Notes: generated by a model from the letters alone, not told the origin. DNA of 62,265 nucleotides, filler included, from Pirum gemmata (GCA_002812295.1; 21 parts of 21 records of this genome joined end to end with filler, not necessarily neighbours in it), one strand, 5' to 3'; counted from the first letter of the whole stretch, positions 14,819-28,440 are shown. Numbers and translations are program-made.

Positions 14819-15163
14819 TGGGGATGTCAAATCCGACTTTTCCATATACAGTAACATCACTTTAAACTACCCCTTTGAGTCGGATCGATGCAGGAAAAGG
14901 TTCCGAATCATATTCTCTTATTATTATTTTTGATTTTTTAAATTGAGCGAGCAATTTGAGTCGGGGTTTTTCGCTTTTCGGCCAGGGTTAAAATACTCGA
15001 AACCGATCGAATACCCCCGACTCAAATTACTCGACCAATTTAAAAAATCAAAAAAATATAATAGCAGAATATGATTCGGGAACTTTTCCTGCATCGATCC
15101 GACTCAAAGGGGTAGTTTAAAGTGATGTTACTGTATATGGAAAAGTCGGATTTGACAACCCTG
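14819..15163. mobile_element. Foldback element with inverted arms of about 145 bp
   Basis: 14821-14966 is the near-perfect reverse complement of 15014-15161 around a spacer of about 47 bp. The right end reads CAGGGTTGTCA on the minus strand (hAT-like). No TSD found. Confidence 0.75.
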
Positions 15164-15416
15164 AACCGTCCGACTCACCGTCCGACTCACCACACTCTAC
15201 TATATGCATTGCTACTAGCTATAGCGCTTTTCATTTATTTTATCACTCCGAATATTTATTTGGTTGTTTATATTTCTTAATTGGCATTGTTAAATGAATA
15301 AATGGATAATAAAATATACCAACTATTTATTGTATATGGTCTAGCTAGAGTTAGGTCTACTTAGTACTAGACCGGGGGCCTACTAGCGGGTCTGGGGGTC
15401 TCTTAAAATAGACTAC

Positions 15417-15724
15417 CTAACCCTAACCCTAACCCTAACCCTAACCCTAACCCTAACCCTAACCCTAACCCTAACCCTAACCCTAACCCTAACCCTAACC
15501 CTAACCCTAACCNTAGCTAGAGTTAGGTCTACTTAGTACTAGACCGGGGGCCTACTAGCGGGTCTGGGGGTCTCTTAAAATAGACTACCTAACCCTAACC
15601 CTAACCCTAACCCTAACCCTAACCCTAACCCTAACCCTAACCCTAACCCTAACCCTAACCCTAACCCTTAGTCTAACCCTAACCCTAACCCTAACCCTAC
15701 TAACCCTAACCCTAACCCTAACCC
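15417..15724 (-). repeat. Interstitial (CCCTAA)n tracts
   Basis: Two perfect tracts separated by a duplicated 75-bp flank and a single N. Confidence 0.9.
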
Positions 15725-16012
15725 GGGTCTACTCCTTAGTGGCCTACTAAACTCCTGGTCTCCTGCTAGTTCTAGGCTAGTTCTTTAGGCTGATAGGTCT
15801 AGAGGACTATACTATGATTTTATTGGGAGATTAACTGGTGACCAGAAATGGCGGTGACCTATCAAAAGAGTCTAGATAGTTAAAAAATTTCGATCGGGAA
15901 AACTTCGAAAACTTCGACATGTCACTCCGAATATTTATTTGGTTGGTTATAATTTTTTAACTTACAAGGGAAAGAAAAGAATAAACTCTGTAAGAATGTG
16001 GTCTATGATAAT

Positions 16013-16197
16013 AGTGTGCTTTTCATTTATTTTATCACTCTGAATATTTATTTGGTTGTTTATAATATTTAAATCGATACTTTTAAATAAATATATATAT
16101 AATAAAATATACCAAATAAAATAAAATGGATTTATATTGTATTAATTTGGTACTCTTTATTGTATATTTTATTATGACAAAATAAATGAAAAGCACT
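16013..16197 (+). mobile_element. MITE family C, complete copy (about 185 bp)
   Basis: TIR GTGCTTTTCATTTATTTT / AAAATAAATGAAAAGCAC with AT on both flanks. Further copies at about 869, 1683, 2536, 5850, 10572, 10973, 13719, 15224, 25010, 25235, 42130, 51486 and 62040. Confidence 0.85.
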
Positions 16198-17069
16198 ATA
16201 AATTAAATACATTTCATTTGGTTTGGTATATTTTAAAGTATATTAAATAAATATCATTATTATATATCCCTAACCCTAACCCTAACCCTAACCCTAGAAC
16301 CCTAACCCTAGAACCCTAACCCTAACCCTAACCCTAACCCTANNNNNNNNNNNNNNNNNNNNNNNNNNNNNNNNNNNNNNNNNNNNTTAATTAATTAANN
16401 NNNNNNNNNNNNNNNNNNNNNNNNNNNNNNNNNNNNNNNNNNAAAACATACTAAAATAACTAATAATAATAATAATAATCTAGTATGATTATTATGTCAT
16501 AGTCTAGTAGTAATAGACTAATGATAATAGACTATTATTATGATAAATATCATACGCTAGCTAACTATGATAGACTATATACCTATCTTTCATTGTTTTC
16601 CCCTCCAAATAGCCCGATTATTCTTTATTGGATACATATTAGTTATTTTAGTATGTTTTGTTTTTTTTATTACTCATATCAGCCAATATATAAAAGCTTT
16701 AAAAAGGTCCATTATGCTATTTAAAATACCAATCAGGCTAGTTTAAAGACATTTTTTAAATATCTATCATAGCTAGCTAGCTAGCTATGATAGTTAACTA
16801 GCTAGACTAACTAGCTAGCTAGTCTGTTATCTGATAGACTAGTCTATCAGATATCCGATAGTCTAACCGTACTAGCTAGCTAACTAAGGGGGGTCTCTAG
16901 CTAGTAGTCCTGGTCTCTAGCTAGTAGTAGCTAGTCGTAGGTGAAGGCAGACAGAAAAGCCCAGTAAAAGCCCCCAGGAAAAAGAATTTTAAAAATTTAA
17001 TTTTTTTATATTATCCCTACTAGTTAATTTCTTTATAACCTTAATTAATGTTATCAAAGATAATAATAA

Positions 17070-17960
17070 ACTTAACCTTAACCCTACCTAATCCTAATCC
17101 TAATCTTAATGCTAACCCTAACCCTAACCGTAACTGTAACCGTAATTGTAACCTTTTAACCTTAACTGTAATAGTATTAACGCCGGTAATTTTAAAACCG
17201 TAACCCTAACTAACCTTCACCCTAACCATCACCCTAACCATCACCCTAACCGTCACCCTAACCGTCACCCTAACCGTAACCTTAAAACCATAGCCCTAAC
17301 CCCAACTCTAGTCCCTAGCCCTGACCCTATAGCTAACCCTAACCCTAACCCTAACCTTAACGTTAACCCTAATTATAAAATCTAACCCTTATTAATATCC
17401 AAACACTAATTTATAATGATTCCTAATCCTAATCCGAATCCTATAGCTAAACGTATAAGCATAACCTTAACCTTAACGATAACCCTAACCCCTGCCCAAC
17501 CCTAGTCCCTAACCCTGACCCTATAGCTAACCCTAACCCTAACCCTAACCCTAACGTTAACCCTAATTATAATCTAACCCTTATTAATATTATATCCTAA
17601 CACTAATTTATAATGATTCCTAATCCTAATCCGAATCCTATAGCTAAACGTATAAGCATAACCTTAACCTTAACGATAACCCTAACCCCTGCCTAATTAT
17701 AACCCTAACCCTAACCCTAACCCTAACCCTAACCCTAACCCTAACCCTAATTATGACCCTCATTCTAACCCTAACTAACTCTAGCCCTAAAACCCTAACC
17801 CTAACCCTAACCCTAATTATGACCCTCACTAGTACTCTAACCCTAACTCTAGCTAGCCCTAAAACCCTAACCCTAACCCTCTAACCCTAACCCTAACTTT
17901 AACCCATTTCCTTTGATCCTACCTACCTCTAACTAACTATTAACCCTAACTTTAACCCAT
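17070..17960 (-). repeat. Degenerate CCCTAA-derived array with a higher-order duplication of about 190 bp
   Basis: Hexamer-phased TAACCC variants; about 17310-17495 is repeated at about 17500-17693. Confidence 0.85.
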
Positions 17961-18209
17961 TTCTTTTGATAATAATAAAAGTTTGGTTAGTAATATTAAT
18001 ATTTTAATTAAAATACTACGTATTGTAAGTGTGTTGTACCTGGTCTGTACCTGGTAGCTTAACTTGATTAATTTTTAAAACAGACATTTAGCGTTTAAAG
18101 AAGCCTTCGGATAAGCTTGGAAGGCTCTTTTAAACGCTAATAAATGCTTGTTAACTGACCAATCAAAAAAATGTACATATTTTGCACTTTTTGGTTTTTG
18201 GTTCAGGTT

Positions 18210-18440
18210 AGTAGGGGTGAGATGACGTCATTTTATTATTACCGAACAGCTGCCGGAACTTTTCCGATTTTATGGTTTTATTACTATTAATGTTAATATT
18301 ACTACTTTAACTGGCATCAGCTATAATAAGATATACTATGTTAAGCTAATTCACTGCTATTATTAGTAAGAAACACGGAACTGAGGATGGCTCGATAAGC
18401 ATCTGTTCGAAAAAAGTTCTAGTAGATATCTCACCCCTTT
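18210..18440 (-). mobile_element. MITE family A, copy 3
   Basis: Left TIR intact, right TIR eroded. TTCAGGTT duplicated at 18202-18209 and 18441-18448. Confidence 0.88.
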
Positions 18441-20202
18441 TTCAGGTTCCAGCAGGTTCCCTTTTGGGTTTCACTAGAATTTTTATTTTTCAAACGTAAG
18501 TAATTTAATAGGTATTTAATAGATTTGAAATTTTCAAACATTAAAAAAAAAAGGTGGGACCAGTAAAAAAAAATAGAACGTTTTTTTAAAAAATTTAATG
18601 TTTTGCACCATACTAGCTACCAGTAGCTCTCTAGCTAGCTAGCTAGCTACTAGCTAGAGCTAAGTAGAGTAGGTTTCCAGATTCGTTCCATGTGTTTTTT
18701 TTTTTCTACTTATTGATATATTTTTATCTCTTTTATTGGCTCGCTTAAATATAAATAACCAGCCAAAATATTTATAACTATTCTTTTTACATAATTAAAT
18801 TTTATTTTTTAAATTAAATATACATACCAACATTTATTATAGAGCTTGCAAATAAAAGAGATAAGGGAAAAAATAGTGATTAACGTCATTCTTCAGGATT
18901 TCACGATTTTTTTTATAAAATTATTTAATTATATAATTATAAATTTATAATATAGTCTATGACATATTATAATATTATCGTAGACTAGATAGGTCTACAT
19001 TCACAAGAAATTTTATTATTATTATTATAATATATAAATATTATTATCATCTCATTGTTATTATTAGTATTATTATTATTATTTATTTATTATTATTATT
19101 GGTATTATTTATTTANNNNNNNNNNNNNNNNNNNNNNNNNNNNNNNNNNNNNNNNNNNNTTAATTAATTAANNNNNNNNNNNNNNNNNNNNNNNNNNNNN
19201 NNNNNNNNNNNNNNNTTATTATTATTATTATTATTATTACAGTTTACTAAAATAAAACAACCAGTATGATTATCACCATTAGTTATTATGGTTTATTGCT
19301 ATTACAATTAACTATTGTTATAATTTATTTATTGATTACTATTTTGTATGGCTATTTATTTATTATTATTATTATTACAATTTAGTAAATACAGGCAATA
19401 CTAACGTGATATTGTTACTATTTTATACTATATTTTATTACTATTACTATTATCTATTATTATTATTATTATTCATTTATTGATTAATAGTTTTTATTAT
19501 TTATCACAATTTATTATTTAATGCTATTATTATCTCTATTACTATTATTACTATTATTTATTATAAATTATTACCATTCCTATTATTTAATATTATTTAT
19601 TTATTGGTTATTACTTAGTAGTAGTGTAGTGTTATTATTTATTATTATTACAAAATAAAACAAATCCTGTATTGAAATATAAATAATCTTTAAATAAATA
19701 GGTATTGGGTACGATGGCAACTGTCTGGTTGGAAAAAGAAAAGCTGAGCCCGTAGATTGGTAAAAACACTATAAAATTTGAATTGTTTTATGTGTGTTTA
19801 TTGTTTTTAATTGTAGTTGAAAAATAGAAGAGCTTTTTTTCTTTCTGTATTAATAAACTACTGTTTCAGATAGAAAAACGAATGCAGATTGGAATAACTC
19901 TTTAAGGTTAATTTGTTAAGTATCAAATTTACCATCTGGCTTTAATAAATGTGGAAAAAGGTATTTAATTCTTCGGCAAGTGTACGATACAAAATAATGT
20001 GTGCGAAGTTAGCGATACTACTTGATTTGTAATCAAAATAAAGAATAAGTTCTTTAAATTTGATATAGTCTTTGCTTTTTTTAAATAATAATAATAATAA
20101 TAAAATGAATAAAAAAGTAATAAAATGAATAAAAAATGAATAAAAAAAATAATAAAGATTTTGTTTTTTTATTTCTTATTTGATCCAATCACTATAATAG
20201 TT

Positions 20203-20235
<33 letters not shown>

Positions 20236-21714
20236 ATGTGTATGTGTGTATATGTATAATCGTTTGAAATTGATAGTAGGAACAGATGATAATTTGAAAA
20301 CCCGAGTGAAAACACTGTGAAAACCTTAGCTCATCCAAACTTTATTGGTACGTTTTACCTAAAAAAGAGCTATTTGCCAAATATGTATGGGTGCGATATT
20401 TTCAAATTTAATTGTACTTTCCAAATGTGCAATTGCGCAGTAATTGCGCATGTCATTAACAATTTGTATCACTTTGCCCTCGCCGACTCCACATATTATT
20501 ATTATTAATTATTTAAGTATTATTATTTCTATTTTAAGATAATTATTTACTTAAGTTGGAAAACATTTTGAAATATGCCTTTTATAGTTTTTTATTTGGT
20601 CCCCGGAATTTTGGCAAATTTTTCACAAAATACTTATTCGACACTTATTTATTATACTTCTATGATAGTCTACGATAAAGGTGATAAAGGGCGTCACTTA
20701 ATCTTACCTATGCCTCTTTGTCCAAAACACTTTTGGTCATATTTTTTTAAAAAGTTCATTTTAATAATCAATATATGGTCCCGACGGCACCATATATGGT
20801 AAAACATGTTACAAATTTCTTTTTTTGGTTATAATGCTTACATAAATAGGTATAAAATTATAAATATATATTTTTTGGAAATTATGTCTTATTATGGTAA
20901 TATATGGGTTCTTTGATGAGCCTTTTTTTCTTCTCCTAGGATAAAATATTAGAGCTAGTAGTTAGCTGGCTCTGTGGAGCTACTAGACAAAATACCATTG
21001 AAATCTATAGATGAGTGCAGATCTGTGAGTTCACTGATATAGAGTCATTATAAACTAGATCATTGATATAAATAATATCAATAATAGTATTTGTAATAAT
21101 GATGGTGACATTATTGATAATTGATGTAGTCTCATTTATGCTAATAAAAGATAATCGATAGCTACTAGGACTTTTATATCGGTGTAAATCACACTATCGT
21201 CTTCGTCATTGTCCTCAATATCAATATCATAAATAGATTCATTATTTATAATTACCAACGAATATCTTTATCCTATCAATAGTATTATCAATGTCAAAGT
21301 CAATATCAACATCAGCAGTATCACATTCAACACCAATGTCAATACCATTATCAACACCAATATCAATGTAATTTCAGTACCAATATCATTGTCGATATCA
21401 ATATTAATTATCATAATCATTATCAATACCGTTATCAATACCATTATCAATATCAATATCAATATACATCATTTTTATTTTATCAATTATATATTATTTC
21501 AAAAACATGATTAAAGACAATAGTAGTTGTAGTCCTGTTTTAAATCTTTTGAATCAGCAATCATTTACAAAAGAAGAAAAAGAAAAAGAAGAAGAAGAAG
21601 AAGGAGAAAGAATGGAAGAAAGAACTCAACTTACTGCGAATAAAGGTATTAGTGCTCATATTTTCTTCTATAAAATGTACTACTTTCGCTCTTTATAGTA
21701 GTAGAAGTAAAGGG

Positions 21715-21782
<68 letters not shown>

Positions 21783-22257
21783 TGACAACAAGAACAAGAA
21801 CAAGAATAAGAATAACAAGAATAACAAGAACAACAGCAACAAGAACAAAAACAACTAACAAAAANNNNNNNNNNNNNNNNNNNNNNNNNNNNNNNNNNNN
21901 NNNNNNNNTTAATTAATTAANNNNNNNNNNNNNNNNNNNNNNNNNNNNNNNNNNNNNNNNNNNNATATTTAGTATTTGTAATTATTTATTTAGTAGCTAC
22001 TTATTTAAGTAGTTACTTTAAAAAGAGTTTATTATACTATTTATAGTAACTTTAGGCAAATTTCTGGAAGTTCGCCGGTCCGAGCGTCCAATTAGTAAGA
22101 TGACGTCATCTCATCCCTCCTAAAGTACTACATATTTTTCTAATAAATAAATTTTTGAGAGGGGTTTGGATTTTTTAGAGTTTTCTACAAATTACCAAAA
22201 TTATGACGTTATTGCACCTCTGCATGCCGATAGTATACGTCATTTAAAAATTTATCG

Positions 22258-22885
22258 ATCGTGTTGCCCAGTTCAAAAACTGAAATAAACTACCAAATAA
22301 TTATTAATCGGACATGTTTTAATTATTCTGGTATTTTATAATTAATATTTTATTTTATAAACAAGTTCAATTATACACTTAAACAGTACCAAATTAAAGA
22401 TTGAGAGAACAAAACTTCTTCTATAGATCATAATATACTCTACCCAGATACTCTACCCCAGTATAGATAGGGAGCGCTCAAATAATACGTCACGTCAAGG
22501 GGTAGGTAGGTAGGTGGTATTTGACCAGAAATTAACGTCAAGGGGTAGGTGGGTTAGGGGTATTTGAAGCTGTATTTGACCGGAAATTGGCGGTACGTAG
22601 GTAGTATTTTGTATTTATTGTTTCATTTTTTTTAAATAAGTTCAATTATGCACTTAAACAGTAACAAATTAATAAGATTGAGACGACAATTCTAATGAAA
22701 TAAACCTATCGTTTATTTCATTACAGCACTAGTTGTCCTTTCAATTTTTAATTTGGTACTGTTTAAGTGTATAATTGAACTTGTTTATAAAATACAACAT
22801 TAAGTATAAAATACCAAATTAATTAAAACATGTCATACATTATAATACTTTGGTAGGTTTATTTCAGTTTTTGAACTGAACAACG
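22258..22885. mobile_element. Cluster of three family D elements and one short family B element
   Basis: D copies at about 22258-22410, 22608-22709 and 22708-22885. The last two meet end to end at AATGAAATAAACCT-AT-CGTTTATTTCATT. A B copy lies at about 22469-22610. Confidence 0.75.
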
Positions 22886-22894
22886 TTAACATGA

Positions 22895-23980
22895 TAATAA
22901 CACTGACCTTTATTCTCTAAAAAGAACCCCAGTCTCCCTCCACTATTCATATTAATACTAGCTAGCCAGGACCCAGGCCAAATATCCATGCATAATAATA
23001 TTAAATACCCTTTAAATTTAGAAACCCCCATCAGACGTTAACCCTAACTAAGCCCCCATCAGACTTTAACCCTAATATATAATAACACCAAACATCCTTT
23101 ACCTGGTAGGTTAGAAAAGCTGTTAGAAACCCTCAAACTTTAATTTTAACCCTAAGGTGGCTAGAGCTAGACCTATCATAACACTGACCTTTAGAGAAAC
23201 TCCAGTCTCTCCAGTCTAACCCAAGTAGGAAGGTAGACCCAATAACACCAAACACCCTTTAGAAACCCCCATCAGACTTTAAAATTAACCCTAAGCTAGA
23301 GAGCTAGACCTAACACTAGCTAGCTAGTACTGGCCTTTAGTAGAGAAACACCAGTCTCCCCAGTCTAACCCCCGGGGACCCGGACCTAATAACACCAAAC
23401 ACCCTTTAGAAACCCCCATCAGACTTTAACCCTAAGCTAGAGCTAAACCTAACACTGACCTTTAGAGAAACTCCAGTCTCCCCAGTTTAACCCCAATAGG
23501 ACCCAGACCTAATAACACCAAACACCCTTTAGAAACCCCCATCAGACTTTAACCCTAAGCTAGAGCTAAACCTAACACTGACCTTTAAACAAACTCCACT
23601 CTCCCCAGTCTTTAGAACCCAATAGGACCCAGACCTAATAACACCAAACACCCTTTAGAAGCCCCCATCAGACTCGAACCCTAAGCTAGAGCTAAACCTA
23701 ACACTGACCTCTACTAGCTAGCTAGAGAAACCCCAATATCCCCTCGATCTAACCCAATACCAAAAACCCTTTAGAAACCCCCATCAGATAATCAGACTCT
23801 AACCCTAGCTATTGACCTAGAGAAACCCCAGTCTCCTCGGTACGAACCTAATAACACCAAACAAACACCCTTTAGAAACCCATATCAGACTCTAACCCGC
23901 TAGCTAAACCTACTAGAGAGCTAACATACTCTAACACTGACCTTTTTAGAGAACTCCAGTCTCCCCAGTCTAACCCACTA
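22895..23980. repeat. About 120-bp tandem satellite (roughly 8 units) running into (CCCTAA)n
   Basis: Anchors AATAACACCAAACACCCTTTAGAAACCCCCATCAGACT and AACACTGACCTTTAGAGAAACTCCAGTCTCCCCAG alternate regularly. Confidence 0.9.
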
Positions 23981-23985
23981 GCTAG

Positions 23986-24735
23986 CTAACCCTAACCCTA
24001 ACCCTAACCCTAACCCTAACCCTAACCCTAATCCTAATCCTAACCCTAACCCTAACCCTAACCCTAACCCTAATCCTAACCCTAACCCTNNNNNNNNNNN
24101 NNNNNNNNNNNNNNNNNNNNNNNNNNNNNNNNNNNNNNNNNNNNNNNNNNACCCTAACCCTAACCCTAACCCTAACCCTAACCCTAACCCTAACCCTAAC
24201 CCTAACCCTAACCATAACCCTAACCCAAAAACCCTTTAGAAATCCAGCAACAATAATATGGCGTCATAACTTTAGCTTATAACGTCAGCCTTTATGTAGA
24301 CATTTTTTAATTAATTTGGCATTATATTATATTAAATTTTATAAACAAGTTCAATTATACTTCAATTATGCACTTAAACAGTACCAAATTTTAATTAAAG
24401 CTAGGCTACTGTAGACGATTTGAAGTCTTTGATAGTGTACGAGCCAAAGACTCTAGTAGCTAGACTAGTCTATGTTTTTTCATACAGTCTTGTTAGAGCC
24501 AAGGAGTTCAAAATAATAATAATAATAGTAATAATAATAAAATAATACACCTGTCTCCCGCCAGTGGTGATGGAGAAAATTTANNCTAACCCTAACCCTA
24601 ACCCTAACCCTAACCCTAACCCTAACCCTAACCCTAACCCTAACCTTAACCCTAACCTTAACCTTAACCCTAACCTTAACCCTAACCCTAACCCTGGCCT
24701 TAACCCTAATCCTAACCTTAACCCTAATCCTAACC
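23986..24735 (-). repeat. Two interstitial (CCCTAA)n tracts (23986-24230, 24586-24735)
   Basis: Seen directly; CCTTAA variants are interspersed in the second tract. Confidence 0.9.
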
Positions 24736-26015
24736 ATATAGCTATGTCCATGTGATATATAAACCTAACAACGTTAATCCTAACCCGATTCTATCCTGAA
24801 CCTAATATAACTAACCCTGACAGTAACGCTAACCGTAACGCTAACCTTAACCATAACCAAACCTTTTAACTTAAACTTTAATCCTAATCCTAATTATAAT
24901 TTATAACACATATGCATACAACACAAAAGTTTTACACGTGATATAGAAAGAAAAGCTAGCTGGTAAGAGTGAACATATATAATGCATATTATATATTAAT
25001 ATGACTAATATAAATATTTATTTGGAGGTTTATAATATTTAAATAGACATTTTTAAATAAATAGATAAAAAGACACCAAATTAAATTAAATGGTTCATAT
25101 TGTATTAATTTGGTAAAAATTAAAAATAAAAATAAAAAACTGAACACCCCGGTCATTGTTATTGTTATTGACATTGTTATTGCTATATCTACAATTATAT
25201 TGTTACTGTTATTGCAATTGTTATATAGTCTAGTCCTTTTCAGTTGTTTTGTTATCATAAATAATACAATATGAACCATTTAATTTAATTTGGTGTTTTT
25301 TATTATCTATTTATTTATTTAAAAATGTCTATTTAAATATTATAACCCTCCAAATAAATAAATATTCAAAGTGACAAAATAAAAGAAAAGTACGATATAT
25401 TTTGTAAATTATGCATAATTATGCATTTTATTAATATTATGATTATGGCTATGGTTATGGTTATGGTTATTGCTTTTATCATTATTGTTGCAATTGTTGT
25501 TGTTATTAATGCTGTTATTGTTGTTATTGTTGTTATTGTTGTTATTGTTATTGTTGTTATTGTTATTGTTAAATTATTATTGTTGTTAAATAAATATCTT
25601 AAAATTAATATTCTACCCCTCCTCCATAAAAGTATTGTGTGTGGGATTGTTATTTGAGCCAATGGTTATAAATAAAGCCACTTTCGAATCCCGGAGTTTT
25701 TTTTTTTGGTTTTGGTCCGGAGAACTCTGCAGAATAATTTCTTTATCGCAAATAAATTGTAAGGAAATGATGATATATATATTATTCAAGACATCAAAAA
25801 ATCGATCGATTTTTTTGAAACAAATCATGTAATTAATAGTTATTTTTTATTTTTAACTTCAAAAAGCCGAGCCGAGCCTCACCATCAAACTAAATGGGTT
25901 TGTTTTGTTGTGCAATTTTAAAATTTTGGTATTTTCTATTTATCAATGATAATTAATTGAAATCATTATTTTTAACCAATGAAAATTCCATATTTTGATT
26001 AGTATTTCTTTGAAG

Positions 26016-26072
<57 letters not shown>

Positions 26073-26369
26073 AAGAAAAAAAAAAATTTTTGTAACCTTA
26101 TTAGGATTTGTTACAAAGGCATAGGGGTCGGTTGCTTAGTTAGGGCATTGGCCCAAAACCTACATCCGACTTTTACTTAGCTTAGGTAGGTTAGGACTGG
26201 GTTAGGGTTAGGGGTTAGGGTTAGATTAGGGTTAGGTAACGTTAGGTTAGGGTTGGGGTTAGGACTGGGTTAGGATTAGGGTTAGGGTAAGGGTTAGGGT
26301 TAGGGTTAGGGTAAGGGTTAGGGTTAGGGTTAGGGTATTATTTATTTATAAAGAGAAAAAAAATTTTAA

Positions 26370-26591
26370 CTACCAAGCCGGATAAAAAATGGCGACATCC
26401 GCCATATGAACTCAAAATCAAAAAATTACAAAATGATCCAATTTTAATAAAAGTGCTATCAAATTATGAGGAACAATTTAAATAAGAAAACTCTATTATG
26501 AACCAATGGCTATTTTTTAAAAATAATTTCGCTAGTTTTAGAAAAGAAGTCTAAAAAAAAAAAAGATTTCTACAGTTTTATCCGGCTTGAC

Positions 26592-26593
<2 letters not shown>
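26370..26593 (+). mobile_element. MITE family G, piggyBac-like, copy 1
   Basis: TTAA on both flanks and an imperfect 15-bp TIR (CTACCAAGCCGGATA / TATCCGGCTTGACTG). A second copy is at 31248-31474. Confidence 0.75.
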
Positions 26594-26627
<34 letters not shown>

Positions 26628-28259
26628 ACAGTTTTAACCGGCTAGAAAATAAAAAAAAAAAAAAAAAAAACGTCAAATAATAAAAACGTCAAATAATAAA
26701 AAAGTCAAAAAAATTACTTCTAAAAAGTCGGCCCGGGGCAAACCAAAGTCGGTCGAGTGAAAAAAATGGCCGGGGCAATAAGGGAGCGTTCAATAATTAC
26801 ATAACGCGAGGGTGGGGGTGGGGGGGGTCGGATTTTTGTGACAGGCCCGTGACCATNNNNNNNNNNNNNNNNNNNNNNNNNNNNNNNNNNNNNNNNNNNN
26901 TTAATTAATTAANNNNNNNNNNNNNNNNNNNNNNNNNNNNNNNNNNNNNNNNNNNNGCATTCAAATACTACGTAACGCCAATTTCCAGTCAAATACAGCT
27001 TCAAATACCCCTACCTACCTACCCCTGTACGCTGCGTACGTATACGAATTAGAACCCTACGAACTGTATACGAACTTTAATATTACGAAGACTAGTCTAT
27101 AGTAATAATATTATTAGTCTATTATAGACTACGAAAATTATTACGAAGCACTTACGAAAGTTTAAAACGAAGCCATATCTCAAAAAGATGAATTAGTAGA
27201 AGTCCTGAGAGTAGAAGTCTAGCTAGAGTAGCTAGAAGTGTAGCTAGCTAGCTCCAGCCTCCAGGTAGCTCTCCAGGTCCCAGGAAGTTGGAAAACTGTT
27301 GGAAATCTAACTAAGGAATGTGTCGAAGAAAAAAAGGGGGATAAAAAAACTAGAAAAAAACTATAAAAAACTGATAAAAACTGGATAAAAGAAGGCCTAT
27401 AAAAGAGCCTGATAAAATCTGATAAGGAGCGTTCAAATACTACGTAACGCCAACTTCCAGTCAAATACAGCTTCAAATACCCCTACCTACCTACCCCTCG
27501 ACGTTAATTTCCGGTCAAATACCACCTACCTACCTACCCCTTGACGTGACGTATTATTTGAAGGTAAAAAGCGGCTGTAGCTGTTGAAAAATTGATAAAA
27601 TATAACAAAAAATTAAGTTTTATCAATTATATTTAAACATGAATGAATAATAAATAATAAAGATTTCAAACATAACAATCAAGCAACATATTTACGTTTT
27701 TATTGATTTTTATTTTATTTAATATTATATCATATGTCATTCACAACAAACAAACAACAAACAACAAACAAACAACAAACAACAAACAACAAACAACAAA
27801 CAACAAATAACAAATAACAAACAACTTAATTACTTTTTATTGCTATTCACTACTTGTACCACAAGTCATTTACACAAAAAAACTAAAACTTAATAATTGT
27901 AATAAATAATAAAAAATGAAAACTTTAATGATGGCTGGAGTTACATCAATGTACAATGCATTGATTGACTCGCCCAACACTGCCGGTACCCCTTCCCCTC
28001 TTTCTGTTGGCTCAAATCAAGATGAATATTTTCCTCCTTTTCTTCCATTAAGCACTTGCTTTTCATGGACTGTTAATTTCGGTATAAATTAATGAAAATG
28101 ATAGTGATAGTGATAATAATAATAATAACAATAATAATAATAATAACAATAATGATATAATAATAATAATAATAAAGAAGCTATATTATATCATATTATA
28201 TACTGACAAAAAAGCAATTAATTTAAAAATTAATTAAAATAAAATAATTTACTTGCTAG

Positions 28260-28406
28260 TGGAAAAGATGACGCTCTTGTTTTTGATTATACACAAAAAA
28301 CTTTAAAACCAGGGGAGTCACATGTCGGAAAATGTCTAGGGGAGGGTGCGGGTATAATTATTATTATTATTATAATTATTGTTATTAATTATTAATATTG
28401 TTATTA

Positions 28407-28440
<34 letters not shown>

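Noticed and set aside
15342..15590. Exact 75-bp duplication between CCCTAA tracts
   Set aside because: The copies are identical and separated by a single N, most likely a scaffolding overlap.
19702..19907. Two possible exons (GIGYDGNCLVGKRKAEPVD; RKTNADWNNSL)
   Set aside because: The phases do not join without a stop; unsupported without transcripts.
27916..28081. Stop-codon reassignment to explain the exon phase mismatch
   Set aside because: Alternative frames contain several different stops, and the other genes read normally with the standard code.
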